The notes under the pieces were generated by a model that saw only the letters and a program-made list of their open reading frames with translations, was not told where the DNA came from and did no database searches. Both the position numbers and the translations under genes were made by a program. DNA of 64,000 bases, taken from the NCBI GenBank assembly GCA_020633415.1, contig JACKDQ010000002.1, positions 390,945 to 454,944 on the forward strand. The letters are read 5' to 3'. This stretch comes from Deltaproteobacteria bacterium (lineage in GTDB: Bacteria > Myxococcota_A > Polyangia > GCA-2747355). The first letter of the stretch is position 1, and each line of letters begins with the position of its first letter. Positions 9,941 to 19,565 of the stretch are shown piece after piece.

Positions 9941-10735
9941 ATGAATCGGCTACGCGCGCTCTCCGAGATCAGCGACTCGCTCTGCCGGGCGATCGACACT
10001 GTGCTTTTCGACATCGACGATACGTTCACCACCGCCGGCCGCATCGGCGAATCCGCCTATCGCGCGCTGTGGCAGGGGCATCAGCACGGGCTGCGACTGA
10101 TTCCGGTCACCGGTCGACCGGCGGGCTGGTGCGATCACATTGCGCGAATGTGGCCGGTTGACGCCGTCGTTGGGGAAAACGGCGCACTGGCCTTCGCGAT
10201 GATCGAGGGAACGATCCGCCGATTGTTCGCCGAGCGCCCAAGCGACGCTAGCGAGCGCCTGGAACGGATCAAGCAACAGGTACTCACCGAAGTCCCGGGA
10301 TGCAAGGTCGCCGCAGACCAGCCCTACCGCCTCTACGACCTTGCAATCGATTTCGCCGAAGAGGTCGGACCGCTCTCTCGGCAAGCGGTCGTCCGGATCG
10401 CCGAAATCTTTGCTGAGCACGGCGCCACGGCCAAAATCAGCTCGATCCACGTCAACGGTTGGTATGGCGATTACGACAAACTTTCGATGTGCCGACGACT
10501 CTTCGATCAGCTGATCGGCGAGCCACTCGACATCCAAGCCGCGACGTTCATCGGTGACTCGCCAAACGATGAACCGATGTTCGCCTATTTTCCTCATGCC
10601 GTCGGCGTCGCCAACCTGCGAGATACCGCCGATCTGCTCGAAGCTCTGCCGACCTACATCACCGATGGCGCCGGTGGCGATGGCTTTGCCGAGCTGATCG
10701 AGAAACTCTGCAGCGCCAGAGATTCGTCGAGCTAG
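9941..10735 (+). CDS. HAD-superfamily (IIB-like) sugar-phosphate phosphatase
   Basis: Motif I VLFDIDDTFT, motif II IPVTGRP, motif IV FIGDSPNDEPMF. The ATG at 9941 avoids overlap with the divergent gene ending at 9856. Confidence 0.75.
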   Translation: MNRLRALSEISDSLCRAIDTVLFDIDDTFTTAGRIGESAYRALWQGHQHGLRLIPVTGRPAGWCDHIARMWPVDAVVGENGALAFAMIEGTIRRLFAERPSDASERLERIKQQVLTEVPGCKVAADQPYRLYDLAIDFAEEVGPLSRQAVVRIAEIFAEHGATAKISSIHVNGWYGDYDKLSMCRRLFDQLIGEPLDIQAATFIGDSPNDEPMFAYFPHAVGVANLRDTADLLEALPTYITDGAGGDGFAELIEKLCSARDSSS

Positions 10736-10756
10736 AGAGCTCGAGCGAGCTAGCCC

Positions 10757-12124
10757 TCATCCCAGCCGAGTGCCGTTGGCAATATGCAATGGCGCATGCT
10801 GATCGCCGCCACGCAGCGACACGTCACCCGACAGCACAACGTTCTTGCCAAAACGGACGTCGCCCTCGATCGTCAGCGAGCGACAGCCGGCCATGCCGAG
10901 GGAATGAGGAACACGCATTTCGAGATCGGCAAGGCCCCTGTAGTAGCGGGCGTCGAGACGGACGACAGGCAACGGCGCGGCAGGATCGCTGGGCCGCAAT
11001 CCAACCGCCTCATCGAGCTGGTAGGCATCGGAACGCACGACCAGCAAATCCTCGGTACCCTTGACCGGAGCAAAACGGCTCCGCGGCACGCGCAAACCAG
11101 CGGCGCGCGGAAAACTGCCGATCGCTGCGCCCATCGCCGTCTCCAGCTGGACAACTTCGCAGCCGGCGACACGCTTCGGGTTGACGATCAGCGGCAAGTC
11201 AAGCGCTCCACGTTCGAGGCGCTCGAGCAACGCATCTAGGCGCCACCACAGACTGTTGGTGTTAAAGACACGCAGTTTGCTGATGTCTTGAAAATCAGCG
11301 ATGTGCTGTGGCGCCACCTGAGCGCGCTCAAGCAAGTTCAACCGGCCGCGGTAGCGCACGAGTGTGCCCCCTTTGATATCGGCCGCGGTCTTGTCGGTGA
11401 CCTCCATCGCAAACTCAACTTGTCGCTGCGCCAACAGTCCGAGCAGCGCCGGGTCGACGGTCGCCGCCAGGTTGTCGACGTTGCTGACGAATGCCCAACG
11501 GTAGCCGTGATCGACCAAACGCCGCAGCAGACCACCAGCGAACAACGCCAGGTAGATGTCACCGTGGCCGGGAGGAGCCCACCACTCGCTCGGATCACCT
11601 GTCGACAGCGGCCCAGCGGTCGCTGTATCGATACGCGGCACCTTGTGCTGCAAAAAGTCGTGCGGCAAGCCACCTGGCTGAATCAGCGTTTGGACAACCG
11701 GCAGGCAATCATCGCGGGTCCGATAGCTGTTCATCAACAGCAATGGCAGGTCGCAGGCGTAGCGCTGGCGGACTGCACCGATCTGTTCAACGACCAGCTG
11801 CAAGAAGCTCCGACCGTCGCGCACCGGTACCAGCGACTTGGCGTGCGAAAGATCCATCGTCGTGCCCAGGCCGCCATTGAGTTTGATCACCACCAGCTTG
11901 GCAAGCTCGGCGCGCCCTTGCTCCTCACACGCCAGGCGGTCGATCAGCGAGACGTCGATCAGGTCATCACTCTCAGGTGGCCCAATCTCCGACCAGTCCC
12001 ACAGTCCATCGTCACCCCCGCGATAGCGGCGGTACTGTCGCAAAAACGTCTGCTTGAGCAGCTCCGAGGCGTCGCTCAATCGCTCGAGCAGAGCCCTTTC
12101 CTGGATGTCGTTGGCGTCGCTCAC
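10757..12124 (-). CDS. UTP--glucose-1-phosphate uridylyltransferase, UDPGP (eukaryote-type) family
   Basis: VIKLNGGLGTTMD, LLLMNSYRTRDD, PPGHGDIY and FVSNVDNL are hallmark blocks of the UDPGP family rather than GalU. Confidence 0.8.
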   Translation of the reverse strand: MSDANDIQERALLERLSDASELLKQTFLRQYRRYRGGDDGLWDWSEIGPPESDDLIDVSLIDRLACEEQGRAELAKLVVIKLNGGLGTTMDLSHAKSLVPVRDGRSFLQLVVEQIGAVRQRYACDLPLLLMNSYRTRDDCLPVVQTLIQPGGLPHDFLQHKVPRIDTATAGPLSTGDPSEWWAPPGHGDIYLALFAGGLLRRLVDHGYRWAFVSNVDNLAATVDPALLGLLAQRQVEFAMEVTDKTAADIKGGTLVRYRGRLNLLERAQVAPQHIADFQDISKLRVFNTNSLWWRLDALLERLERGALDLPLIVNPKRVAGCEVVQLETAMGAAIGSFPRAAGLRVPRSRFAPVKGTEDLLVVRSDAYQLDEAVGLRPSDPAAPLPVVRLDARYYRGLADLEMRVPHSLGMAGCRSLTIEGDVRFGKNVVLSGDVSLRGGDQHAPLHIANGTRLG

Positions 12125-12205
12125 AGCCGCAGCCTAGCACGAGCTAGGGGCGGTTTGCGCAATCCTCGGCAAAGCGGTACATATTCGGACGCAAGAGAGA
12201 GAGCG

Positions 12206-12862
12206 ATGCGACAAAGCCACCAAAACCTGATCGTCGAGACGCTAACCGTTGGGCCATTTGCCGAGAACTGCTACTTGTTGATCGATGACGCATCCCGCAA
12301 GGCGCTGCTGATCGACCCGGGTGACGAGGCCCCGCGGATCATCGCCGCAGTGCGTGAGCGCGACGCCGAGGTGATTGAAATCGTCAACACCCACGCGCAC
12401 CTCGACCACGTCGGCGCGGTGGCCGAACTCAAGCGCGTGCTCGGCGTTAACTTTCGACTTCATCAGTCCGAAGTGCCAGTGCTAGACGGCCTCGAGATTT
12501 CGGCGCAGATGTTCGGCTTGCGACCACCCGAAAAGCCCGCCGTCGACGGACACGTCAGCCATGGAGAGATCATCGCGCTCGGTGAACTGAGCGTCGAATG
12601 TCGACTGACCGCCGGTCACTCGCCGGGCGGCTGCTGCTATGTGCTCAGCGAGCAGCGCGTGGTGATCGCTGGCGATACGCTATTCGCTGGTTCGATCGGC
12701 CGCACCGATCTGCCCGGAGGCAGCCACCAACGACTGCTGCAATCGATCGCCGATCAGCTGCTATCCCTCGAGGACGACTTTGTCGTCTATTGCGGTCACG
12801 GCCCATCGACAACGATCGGCGCCGAGCGGCGGAGCAACCCATTCCTGAGCGGGCTCAGCTAG
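12206..12862 (+). CDS. MBL-fold hydrolase (hydroxyacylglutathione-hydrolase-like)
   Basis: HxHxDH motif (NTHAHLDHVG), then TAGHSPGG and GDTLFAGSIGRTD. The listed ORF start at 11288 is an artefactual extension antisense to the UGPase gene. ATG 12206 gives a typical 218-aa protein. Confidence 0.85.
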   Translation: MRQSHQNLIVETLTVGPFAENCYLLIDDASRKALLIDPGDEAPRIIAAVRERDAEVIEIVNTHAHLDHVGAVAELKRVLGVNFRLHQSEVPVLDGLEISAQMFGLRPPEKPAVDGHVSHGEIIALGELSVECRLTAGHSPGGCCYVLSEQRVVIAGDTLFAGSIGRTDLPGGSHQRLLQSIADQLLSLEDDFVVYCGHGPSTTIGAERRSNPFLSGLS

Positions 12863-12896
12863 CCTCGAGCAGGCAAACCAGCTCGACAAACCAAAG

Positions 12897-13727
12897 CTAG
12901 CGCTCGCTGCGCGCCTGTTGCTCTAGCCGCGGCGGGCGAATCCCGCTCAACCAGGCGACGGGCAAACCGATCAGCAGATACAGGGCAGCAACGACGAATA
13001 GATAGTCGGGATAGATCCTGAGGATCCCGAACAGGTAGACCAGCACCACGTTAACCAGCTGGAGGATGTTGAGGATCAGCGAGCGTCGCTTAGCGATCTT
13101 CGCCAGCGGCAAACGACTGACCATCAGCAGCGCGAGCATGATCATCAGCAGCGGCAGCGCCAGGTATAACCGATCGCTCGAACCGAACAACGGCACGCCC
13201 CACTTTTCCGTCGAGAGGAAGTACGTGCAGACCAGCGCACCACAGATCGTTGTCGGAACGCCGAAGAAATAGCCATCGACGTAACCTTCTTGGACAACGT
13301 TGAACTTAGCCAAGCGCAGCGCCGCGCAGATCGAAAACAAGAACGCACCCAAATAGACAATGCCGCGATAGTAGGGAATCGCCCCAGCGCTAGCGATCGG
13401 CGTCGGGCCCAAGAACGCGCAAAGCACCAGCGTGCTCGGCGCAATGCCGAAGGTGATCAAGTCACTGAGACTGTCGAGCTGTAGCCCAAACGAACTGCTC
13501 GCTCCCAGTAGCCGCGCCGCGGTACCATCCGCTTTGTCGAGCAACACGCACAGCAGCACCGACCAGGCGGCGCCATGGAAATCGCCAGCCGCCGACTGCG
13601 AGATCGAAAGCAGCCCCAGGCTGATGCTCACGCAGGTCAGCAGGTTGGGGATCACATAGCGCCAGGTGGCGGTTGGTCCGGGCTGTCCAGCAGCCGCCGA
13701 GGTCGATTCGCGTGCTCCATCACTCAT
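12897..13727 (-). CDS. pssA: CDP-diacylglycerol--serine O-phosphatidyltransferase (CDP-alcohol phosphatidyltransferase family)
   Basis: DKADGTAARLLGASSSFGLQLDSLSDL fits D-G-x2-A-R-x8-G-x3-D-x3-D. The protein is multi-TM. Start taken at ATG 13727; the 13757 TTG is the alternative. Confidence 0.8.
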   Translation of the reverse strand: MSDGARESTSAAAGQPGPTATWRYVIPNLLTCVSISLGLLSISQSAAGDFHGAAWSVLLCVLLDKADGTAARLLGASSSFGLQLDSLSDLITFGIAPSTLVLCAFLGPTPIASAGAIPYYRGIVYLGAFLFSICAALRLAKFNVVQEGYVDGYFFGVPTTICGALVCTYFLSTEKWGVPLFGSSDRLYLALPLLMIMLALLMVSRLPLAKIAKRRSLILNILQLVNVVLVYLFGILRIYPDYLFVVAALYLLIGLPVAWLSGIRPPRLEQQARSER

Positions 13728-13792
13728 CGGCCGGCAGACTAAGCAAACCAACGGCAAATAACAACCATTTGCACGCTGGCCAGCGGCTAGGC

Positions 13793-14764
13793 CTAACCGT
13801 CAACCATCCGTAATCGCTCTGCTATTTTCGCAGCACACCGATCAACGGCAGCTCGGTCCTCGCTGGCAAATACCACCGCAGCAGCCGCGGCATGGCCCCC
13901 ACCGCCGAACTCGGCCGCTAGGGTCGCCAGGTCAAGCGGCTGTCCGCGCTCTGCCCAGGGATTGCGGCTAAGACCAACTTTGCTGCGCCCGGTAGGCGCT
14001 GAGAGGACCACCGCGTAGTGGAGCTCGTCGCTGAGGTAGTAGGGGATATAGCGGTTGATACCAACTTGCGCCATGTCGCGCAGGTCAACGATCGCCACCC
14101 CATGCTCAACCTTCATCCGCTCCGCGACCTGACTAATCGTGTAGGTGTGCTGGGCAACTGCATTGGAGACCGCTTGGCGAACATCCGCGGCAGCTTCGAC
14201 CGCCTCGATATTCCGCTCCATCAACAGGGTAATGATCCGCTGCTCCAGCTCCCAAGACGGCGCCGACTCCAGCAACTGCATCAGCCGCAGCGCTGGCGAC
14301 TCCAACTCCACTGGTTCTTTCGGAGAAGAAAACTGCGCGCCATCGATACGGTCAGCCCAGCTCAAGTCAACGGCGTCTGCGCCGTCAAAACCGTGGTTGT
14401 CGCGCAAGAAACGATCGAGCAACGCAGCGCAAGATGGCGCAGCGGGATCAAAGCAGTGCTGAGGATTGTCGCCGCGCTCGAAGGCCAGGCGATCCTCTTC
14501 TGAGAGGAACGCCGTGTGATGGTGGTCGCACCACCAGTTCAGTGACGACGCAGGCGAATAACGGAAATCGACGACGGCGTTGATCGAACCATCAAAGAAC
14601 GCCGCGTGATTCGCACCGTAGGGATCGCGGTTGCGGTGGGTCATGCCGCGAAATGCGATTCGGCAGCGCTCGCCATATCGTTGTCGGAAAAAGCGCGCGA
14701 TCACCGCGGCCGACAACACACCGTCAAAGCAATGCCCGTGGTAATAAACGTGTGCGCTATCCAT
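13793..14764 (-). CDS. DHH/DHHA1-family phosphoesterase-like protein
   Basis: The N-terminus MDSAHVYYHGHCFDGVLSAAV resembles the family N-terminus, and GGGGHAAAAAV is a DHHA1 GGGH motif near the C-terminus. The upstream in-frame extension to 14995 (Cys-rich) cannot be excluded. Confidence 0.5.
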   Translation of the reverse strand: MDSAHVYYHGHCFDGVLSAAVIARFFRQRYGERCRIAFRGMTHRNRDPYGANHAAFFDGSINAVVDFRYSPASSLNWWCDHHHTAFLSEEDRLAFERGDNPQHCFDPAAPSCAALLDRFLRDNHGFDGADAVDLSWADRIDGAQFSSPKEPVELESPALRLMQLLESAPSWELEQRIITLLMERNIEAVEAAADVRQAVSNAVAQHTYTISQVAERMKVEHGVAIVDLRDMAQVGINRYIPYYLSDELHYAVVLSAPTGRSKVGLSRNPWAERGQPLDLATLAAEFGGGGHAAAAAVVFASEDRAAVDRCAAKIAERLRMVDG

Positions 14765-14803
14765 TTTTTTGCCCCACCGACCGGCAATGCTCATAATCTC
14801 ACC

Positions 14804-15238
14804 ATGACAGCCATCGCCGCAAACTTGACGACGCCCGATAGTGAAGTCGTAGGACAAGCCCTCAGCTATGTGGTCGGTTACTGGTCCGCAGGTGAAACAC
14901 TGCTGGTCCTCGACGGCGAGTCCACATTTGCAAACCTTTGGTTTTGCTTCGAAAACAGCGGTTGTGCAACGATGCGGGTCCGTTGGCACGACCATCGTGC
15001 CCCGCTGATGTCCAACGGACGCTGGTGGCTAGAAGACGATGTGCTGGTCGCCGCTTTCGGTGAGCACGTCATCCGCTCGGAAGTTCAGCAGCGCGGAGAG
15101 ACTTTGTTCTGGGCGGGGCGCGCATTGGTTCCCGTCCCCTTCGCCGCAGATAGCGAAATCGCCACAGCCGGCAGTTCGCGAAGCGCTCCCACCGCACTTC
15201 CCGCCCTCGCCGGCCCACTGCCCGAAGCAGCGCCCTAA
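14804..15238 (+). CDS. Hypothetical small protein (start uncertain; alternative ATG at 14972)
   Basis: Protein-like sequence (VVGYWSAGETLLVLDGESTF...RWWLEDDVLVAAFGEHVIRSEVQQRGETLFWAG) filling an otherwise ~580-bp gap. It conflicts with the possible N-terminal extension of the DHH-like gene. Confidence 0.35.
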   Translation: MTAIAANLTTPDSEVVGQALSYVVGYWSAGETLLVLDGESTFANLWFCFENSGCATMRVRWHDHRAPLMSNGRWWLEDDVLVAAFGEHVIRSEVQQRGETLFWAGRALVPVPFAADSEIATAGSSRSAPTALPALAGPLPEAAP

Positions 15239-15375
15239 CGCTCCGCTGAGCGCATCGCGACCGTAGCCGCTGCAAAAAAATCGGGCGACCCGCTATCGAC
15301 TCAACAACGCAAAGAAAATAGCTGGGGCGTTTTTTTGAGCCTGCGCTTGCATCACCCTAAACTGGGTTCTCGACG

Positions 15376-15717
15376 ATGGAGGGGCCTATGCTCGGTGTTG
15401 CCAGTGAACGTCGCAGACACGTGGTCTACATCACCCGCAATTCGGAGTATCACTGCCGCGGCGGTCAATGCGTCGCTGTTCGCAGTCGGATCACCGGCAG
15501 TTGGCATCGGTGGCACCTGGCCTTGCGACGCGAGATCAGCGGTGCAGTGCGCGGACATCGCCTGCTGCGCGATCCGCAACCCGGCCTGAGACTGTTTTTC
15601 GGCGGTCGTGATCCGCTGCTTACTTCGCAAATCGAACAAGTTGCACGCCCGAATAAGCGCTCGCTAGCCGCATACATCAGCCAAACCTGGACCGGTCAAA
15701 TCGAGGCGGCGACCTAA
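15376..15717 (+). CDS. Hypothetical small protein
   Basis: 113-aa ORF with genome-typical codon endings (RRRHVVYITRNSEYHCRGGQCVAV...). No recognisable family. Confidence 0.35.
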   Translation: MEGPMLGVASERRRHVVYITRNSEYHCRGGQCVAVRSRITGSWHRWHLALRREISGAVRGHRLLRDPQPGLRLFFGGRDPLLTSQIEQVARPNKRSLAAYISQTWTGQIEAAT

Positions 15718-15743
15718 CCCGAGCCCCTGCTCCGCGATTTTCC

Positions 15744-17612
15744 TTGACCTCGCCGACGCCAGCGCATGATCTAGCGCACGGCATGGCATGCATCGTCCAC
15801 CGCAGCATCTTCCAAAGTTATTCGGCGATGCCGGCACAGCGCTTGGCACACCACCTCGCGCTGCACGACCGCGCACTCGCCAGCCCCGAGCTGTTTTCCG
15901 CCGCTGAACTGTTGAGCGAACATCTCGCTAGACGGGGAGCACGAACGCAAGTCGACTTGCTGCCGCTTGGCGCCGAGCGCGATCTGTGGGGTTGGAGCTG
16001 CCCTCAGCTATTGCACGCCAGCCGCGCCGAACTCGCGTTGGTCGCTGGTGCCCAGGACCAGATGCTCTGTCAGGCGCCAGACCAAGCAGCGAGCCTGATC
16101 TGCGGAGCGGCCGGCTTCGCGTACCCAGGGAAAACACTCAGCGTCGTCGATGCCGGTAGCGGTCAGCTGCCGCTGCGCTCCCGTCTGGGCAGCGCGGTGT
16201 TGTTAATCAGCGATCGCACCGCACCGGCGGTCCTCGCCCAAGCGACCGAAGACCCGGCCTTCGCCGGACTGATCATCATCTCGGACGATCCGCGCTGGGC
16301 CGATCGGCTCGGACAAAGTCAGCAACAGTTTGTCTTTCGCCTCGACGCCGGGCCGGCAGAGCCGTTGCTGACCCGCCTACGCGACAGCGGCTCGGCGACC
16401 GTGCGCGTGGCGATCGACACGCAGCTTGGCAACGACCGATTGCCGCTGTTCGCAGCGCGCCTGCCGGGCAGCGATCTCGCCGCAGAGCGCGTGACGCTCG
16501 TCGCCGACCTGACCGCCGATTCGCGAGACATCGCGACAGCCGCCCACGTTACGCAGTTGATCCAACAAGCGGTCACCGACGGCCGACTCACTCCACCGCG
16601 GCGAACGCTCGAGTTTGTTGCAGTGCCCCGACAGATCGGTGCAGTCGGGTGGCTCGCCGCGCAGCGACAGACGCTGCCCGCGGCAATCATCACGATCGAG
16701 TCAGCAACACGAGCTGAGTCGGCGATTCGCCTGCCTTGGCCGCAGCGCGCCAGCTTCGTCTCGGATCTGCTTTGGACCCACGCCCAGACCACGCAAACGC
16801 CGGTCACCGCCGAAGGACTGCTGGCGGTGCTGGCGGCCAACGGCGGCGTCGCTGCAGCAGCTGGGCTGTCGATCGACCGACGACGAATCGGTCGTTCTGC
16901 CGCAGCACTAGCGGCTACCGTTGCCGAGCTCGCCGACCTCGACGAGACCAGCCTGCCGGCGATGTTGTTCCGCAGCCGCGCCGCCGCAATGCGTCGGATC
17001 GGAAAGCACACCGAGATCTGGCAAAGCGAACAGCTGGCCCAGGCGATCGACGGATCCAAACGCGATGCCCAAGACACGATCTGGCGGGCTTGCCAGCGGA
17101 TCGACCAGGTCTGCGACGGTGAGCGCCGCAGGTTTCTCTCGGCCTGTCGCTTTATCGGCCGGTCGCGCGACCTGCAAACAGCAGAAGCGATCGCCGACAT
17201 TGAGCGCGCCGCCTCTCAGCTAAAACAAAACCTGATCGATGCGGTCAGCGCAGCCCGCGGCCAGCGCGTTAGCGCCAAGCGAAAGCCCCTAGCGCTAGAG
17301 CAGCGGATCGAAAGCAGCCAAGTCAGCCTTTCGCTACCCGGACCACCGCCGCCGCTTTGGGGGGAAATCCATCGCGAGAGCGCACAACGCCTACGCCCCT
17401 ACGCACCTGCGTTAGTCGAGCGAGTCGCAGCGTTGATCCTCAACGGCCTAGTCGACGGACCACGGCCACTGCTCGACTTACTGCTCACCGTACAACACGT
17501 GCTCGGTGAAAAATACGACACCGAGCTGTTTAGCGCGACCTACGAAACCCTCGCGCAACTGACTTGGGTTAGCGCAACCGACGCCGACCAGACCAGCCAA
17601 GCCGCTACTTAG
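15744..17612 (+). CDS. Hypothetical protein; weak resemblance to aminopeptidase-like (M28/DUF4910-type) fold with non-canonical active-site positions
   Basis: Long ORF with uniform codon usage. The block RRTLEFVAVPRQIGAVGWLAAQ recalls the ...FLFIPETIGSITWL... block of that family, but the metal-ligand motifs are not recognisable. Start uncertain (TTG 15744, ATG 15783 or ATG 15828). Confidence 0.45.
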   Translation: MTSPTPAHDLAHGMACIVHRSIFQSYSAMPAQRLAHHLALHDRALASPELFSAAELLSEHLARRGARTQVDLLPLGAERDLWGWSCPQLLHASRAELALVAGAQDQMLCQAPDQAASLICGAAGFAYPGKTLSVVDAGSGQLPLRSRLGSAVLLISDRTAPAVLAQATEDPAFAGLIIISDDPRWADRLGQSQQQFVFRLDAGPAEPLLTRLRDSGSATVRVAIDTQLGNDRLPLFAARLPGSDLAAERVTLVADLTADSRDIATAAHVTQLIQQAVTDGRLTPPRRTLEFVAVPRQIGAVGWLAAQRQTLPAAIITIESATRAESAIRLPWPQRASFVSDLLWTHAQTTQTPVTAEGLLAVLAANGGVAAAAGLSIDRRRIGRSAAALAATVAELADLDETSLPAMLFRSRAAAMRRIGKHTEIWQSEQLAQAIDGSKRDAQDTIWRACQRIDQVCDGERRRFLSACRFIGRSRDLQTAEAIADIERAASQLKQNLIDAVSAARGQRVSAKRKPLALEQRIESSQVSLSLPGPPPPLWGEIHRESAQRLRPYAPALVERVAALILNGLVDGPRPLLDLLLTVQHVLGEKYDTELFSATYETLAQLTWVSATDADQTSQAAT

Positions 17613-18405
17613 CATCACCGCCAAGGATCAACGGCAGCCCGCTCTTTCCCGCGCCAACGATGACCACTTTGGTGTTGTTGCTCTCGGCCAGCGATAAGGT
17701 CGCTTCGATCCCCTTCCAGCGTAGTAGCGCGTCGTTAAGCTCAGCTTTGAGAATCGCCTGCGCCTTGGCCGTCGCCTCGGCCTCGACCAGCTTGCGCTGG
17801 GCGACGATCTTGGCCTTTTCCAGAGAAAACTTCTCGCGCTCGGCTTCCTGCTTCATCGCCAGCTTACGCTCGATGGCAGCAACAACAACCTTAGGGAACT
17901 CCATTCGCCGCAACATCACCCGATCGACGCTAAAATAATGGTACTGCGCCAACGTCTCGTTGATCCGCTTGTTGATCGCCTCCTCGATCTTGCTCCGGCT
18001 GCGATAGGCATCAATACTCTCGTAGCGGCTGACCACGTCGCGCGTCGCATTGCGCAACACCGGCTGAATCAGCATCTGATAGAATTCCGGTCCAACTTTG
18101 GCGTGGAGTTCCGCAACACGACTTGAGGCCAAGGCGTAGCGAATTGAGACGTCACAGCGAATCTGTAGCTGATCTTTGCTGAGCATCACCAGCCGCTCGA
18201 CGCGATCCTTCGTGCGCACATCGTACGGCATGATTTTGTTCCAAGGCGCGAGCCAGTGAAACCCTTCGCCCAGCACGTTCTTGATATCGGTACCCTTGCG
18301 CCAATTGTAGTAGACGCCGCGGTGACCGGAGTCGATCGTCTTTCCGCAGCCACTGGCGCTAGTCGCCACAACAAGTAGAATAAATAGCCGTGCGGCACTT
18401 CCCAT
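17605..18405 (-). CDS. SPFH/Band-7 (prohibitin-like) lipoprotein
   Basis: Lipobox VVATSASGC, GHRGVYYNW...GFHWLAPW...PYDVRTKD, and a coiled-coil AEREKFSLEKAKIVAQRKLVEAEATAKAQ. Strong SD (AAGGAGG) lies 7 nt upstream of ATG 18405. Confidence 0.85.
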   Translation of the reverse strand: MGSAARLFILLVVATSASGCGKTIDSGHRGVYYNWRKGTDIKNVLGEGFHWLAPWNKIMPYDVRTKDRVERLVMLSKDQLQIRCDVSIRYALASSRVAELHAKVGPEFYQMLIQPVLRNATRDVVSRYESIDAYRSRSKIEEAINKRINETLAQYHYFSVDRVMLRRMEFPKVVVAAIERKLAMKQEAEREKFSLEKAKIVAQRKLVEAEATAKAQAILKAELNDALLRWKGIEATLSLAESNNTKVVIVGAGKSGLPLILGGDAK

Positions 18406-18527
18406 CACTAGCCTCCTTTGCCCGAGCTGCAAACAGCCTCGGAGAATCTTTCCTTCACGTTCTCGAGGCGGCTTATAGCGCAGTGCCCGGACATCTGCAA
18501 AGTCGGAGCCCACCTCGCTCGAAGCTG

Positions 18528-19565
18528 GTGATCCTTATCGCGCTTTTCGTGATCTGCTCGGGGAGCAGTGGGTGCACCTCGATCCGCTACATCGCTCGCC
18601 AGGCGAGCGGCCAGCTGCGCGTTTTGACCGCTCGCCAGCCGATCGAGAAACTGCTGCGACAGAAACACGGCCTAAGCGCCGCACAACGAGCGAAACTCGA
18701 ATTCGTGCAAAGGACTCGTCGCTTCGCCATCGATCAGATCGGTCTTCGTCGCACCGCGGCCTATACCTATTTCTACGACACCGGCAACAAGCCGGTGGCG
18801 TACAACGTCTCGGCCGCTCCCAAGACCGCGCTGCGTCCGGTCTTCTGGTCCTTTCCGATCGTCGGTCGAGTGCCCTACCTCGGCTTTTTCCGCGAGAGCG
18901 ACGCGGTCAAACGACGCGACGCGCTGGTGCAGCAGGGACTCGACACGCTGCTAAGACCGGTCCCCGCCTACAGCAGCCTTGGCTGGTTTGCTGATCCAGT
19001 CTACTCGACAATGCTAGACAACGATCGCTGGCGGATCGCCGAAATCGTGATCCATGAGATGACGCACACGACGCTGTTCTTGCGCGGGCGCGTAGCGTTC
19101 AACGAAAGTCTCGCGATGCTCGTCGGCCAACAGGGCGCGATCGAACTGGCCCGCGCTGAGCAAGGGGACGGTGCAGGGATCGTCGAGCAACTCCAGGCAT
19201 CCCTCGATCGCCGTCGACAATTTTCGGCGCTGCTCGAGCAACTCTTTTCGCGACTCAAGACCCTCTACGGCAGCAAGCTCAGCAGAGATGAGAAGATTAG
19301 GCGCCGAAGCGTTCACTTCGCATGGGCTCAACAGCGTTATCGGAAACTGTTCGGCAAGCACGCTGGCGGCTTCGCCACAGCGAAACTCAACAACGCCGTC
19401 CTGCTGAGCTATGGCCGCTACAATCGCGGCCTGCGCTTCCACCGTGAAATCTACCGCCGCCTCGGCAATGACCTGCAGCGCCTGATCGAAGTCTACAAAT
19501 ACGCTGCGCGCTTTCCGAACCCACCGCGCTACCTCGCCTGGCGCTTTGGTCTTACACCACCCTAG
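18528..19565 (+). CDS. Putative zinc aminopeptidase lipoprotein (DUF2265/'putative aminopeptidase' family)
   Basis: HExxH (VIHEMTHTT) and lipobox-like ICSGSSGC. The listed ATG 18390 overlaps the divergent SPFH start, so a GTG/CTG start near 18525-18528 is more likely. Exact start unproven. Confidence 0.65.
   Translation: MILIALFVICSGSSGCTSIRYIARQASGQLRVLTARQPIEKLLRQKHGLSAAQRAKLEFVQRTRRFAIDQIGLRRTAAYTYFYDTGNKPVAYNVSAAPKTALRPVFWSFPIVGRVPYLGFFRESDAVKRRDALVQQGLDTLLRPVPAYSSLGWFADPVYSTMLDNDRWRIAEIVIHEMTHTTLFLRGRVAFNESLAMLVGQQGAIELARAEQGDGAGIVEQLQASLDRRRQFSALLEQLFSRLKTLYGSKLSRDEKIRRRSVHFAWAQQRYRKLFGKHAGGFATAKLNNAVLLSYGRYNRGLRFHREIYRRLGNDLQRLIEVYKYAARFPNPPRYLAWRFGLTPP

Noticed and set aside
11288-12205. 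306-codon N-terminal extension of the MBL-hydrolase ORF
   Set aside because: It is antisense to the UGPase gene and Arg/Gln-rich nonsense. The MBL family N-terminus and a proper ATG occur at 12206.
16319-17200. 293-aa minus-strand ORF (plus the nested ORFs at 16736-17223)
   Set aside because: It is an Arg/Ser/Ala-rich shadow frame inside the 15744-17612 gene.
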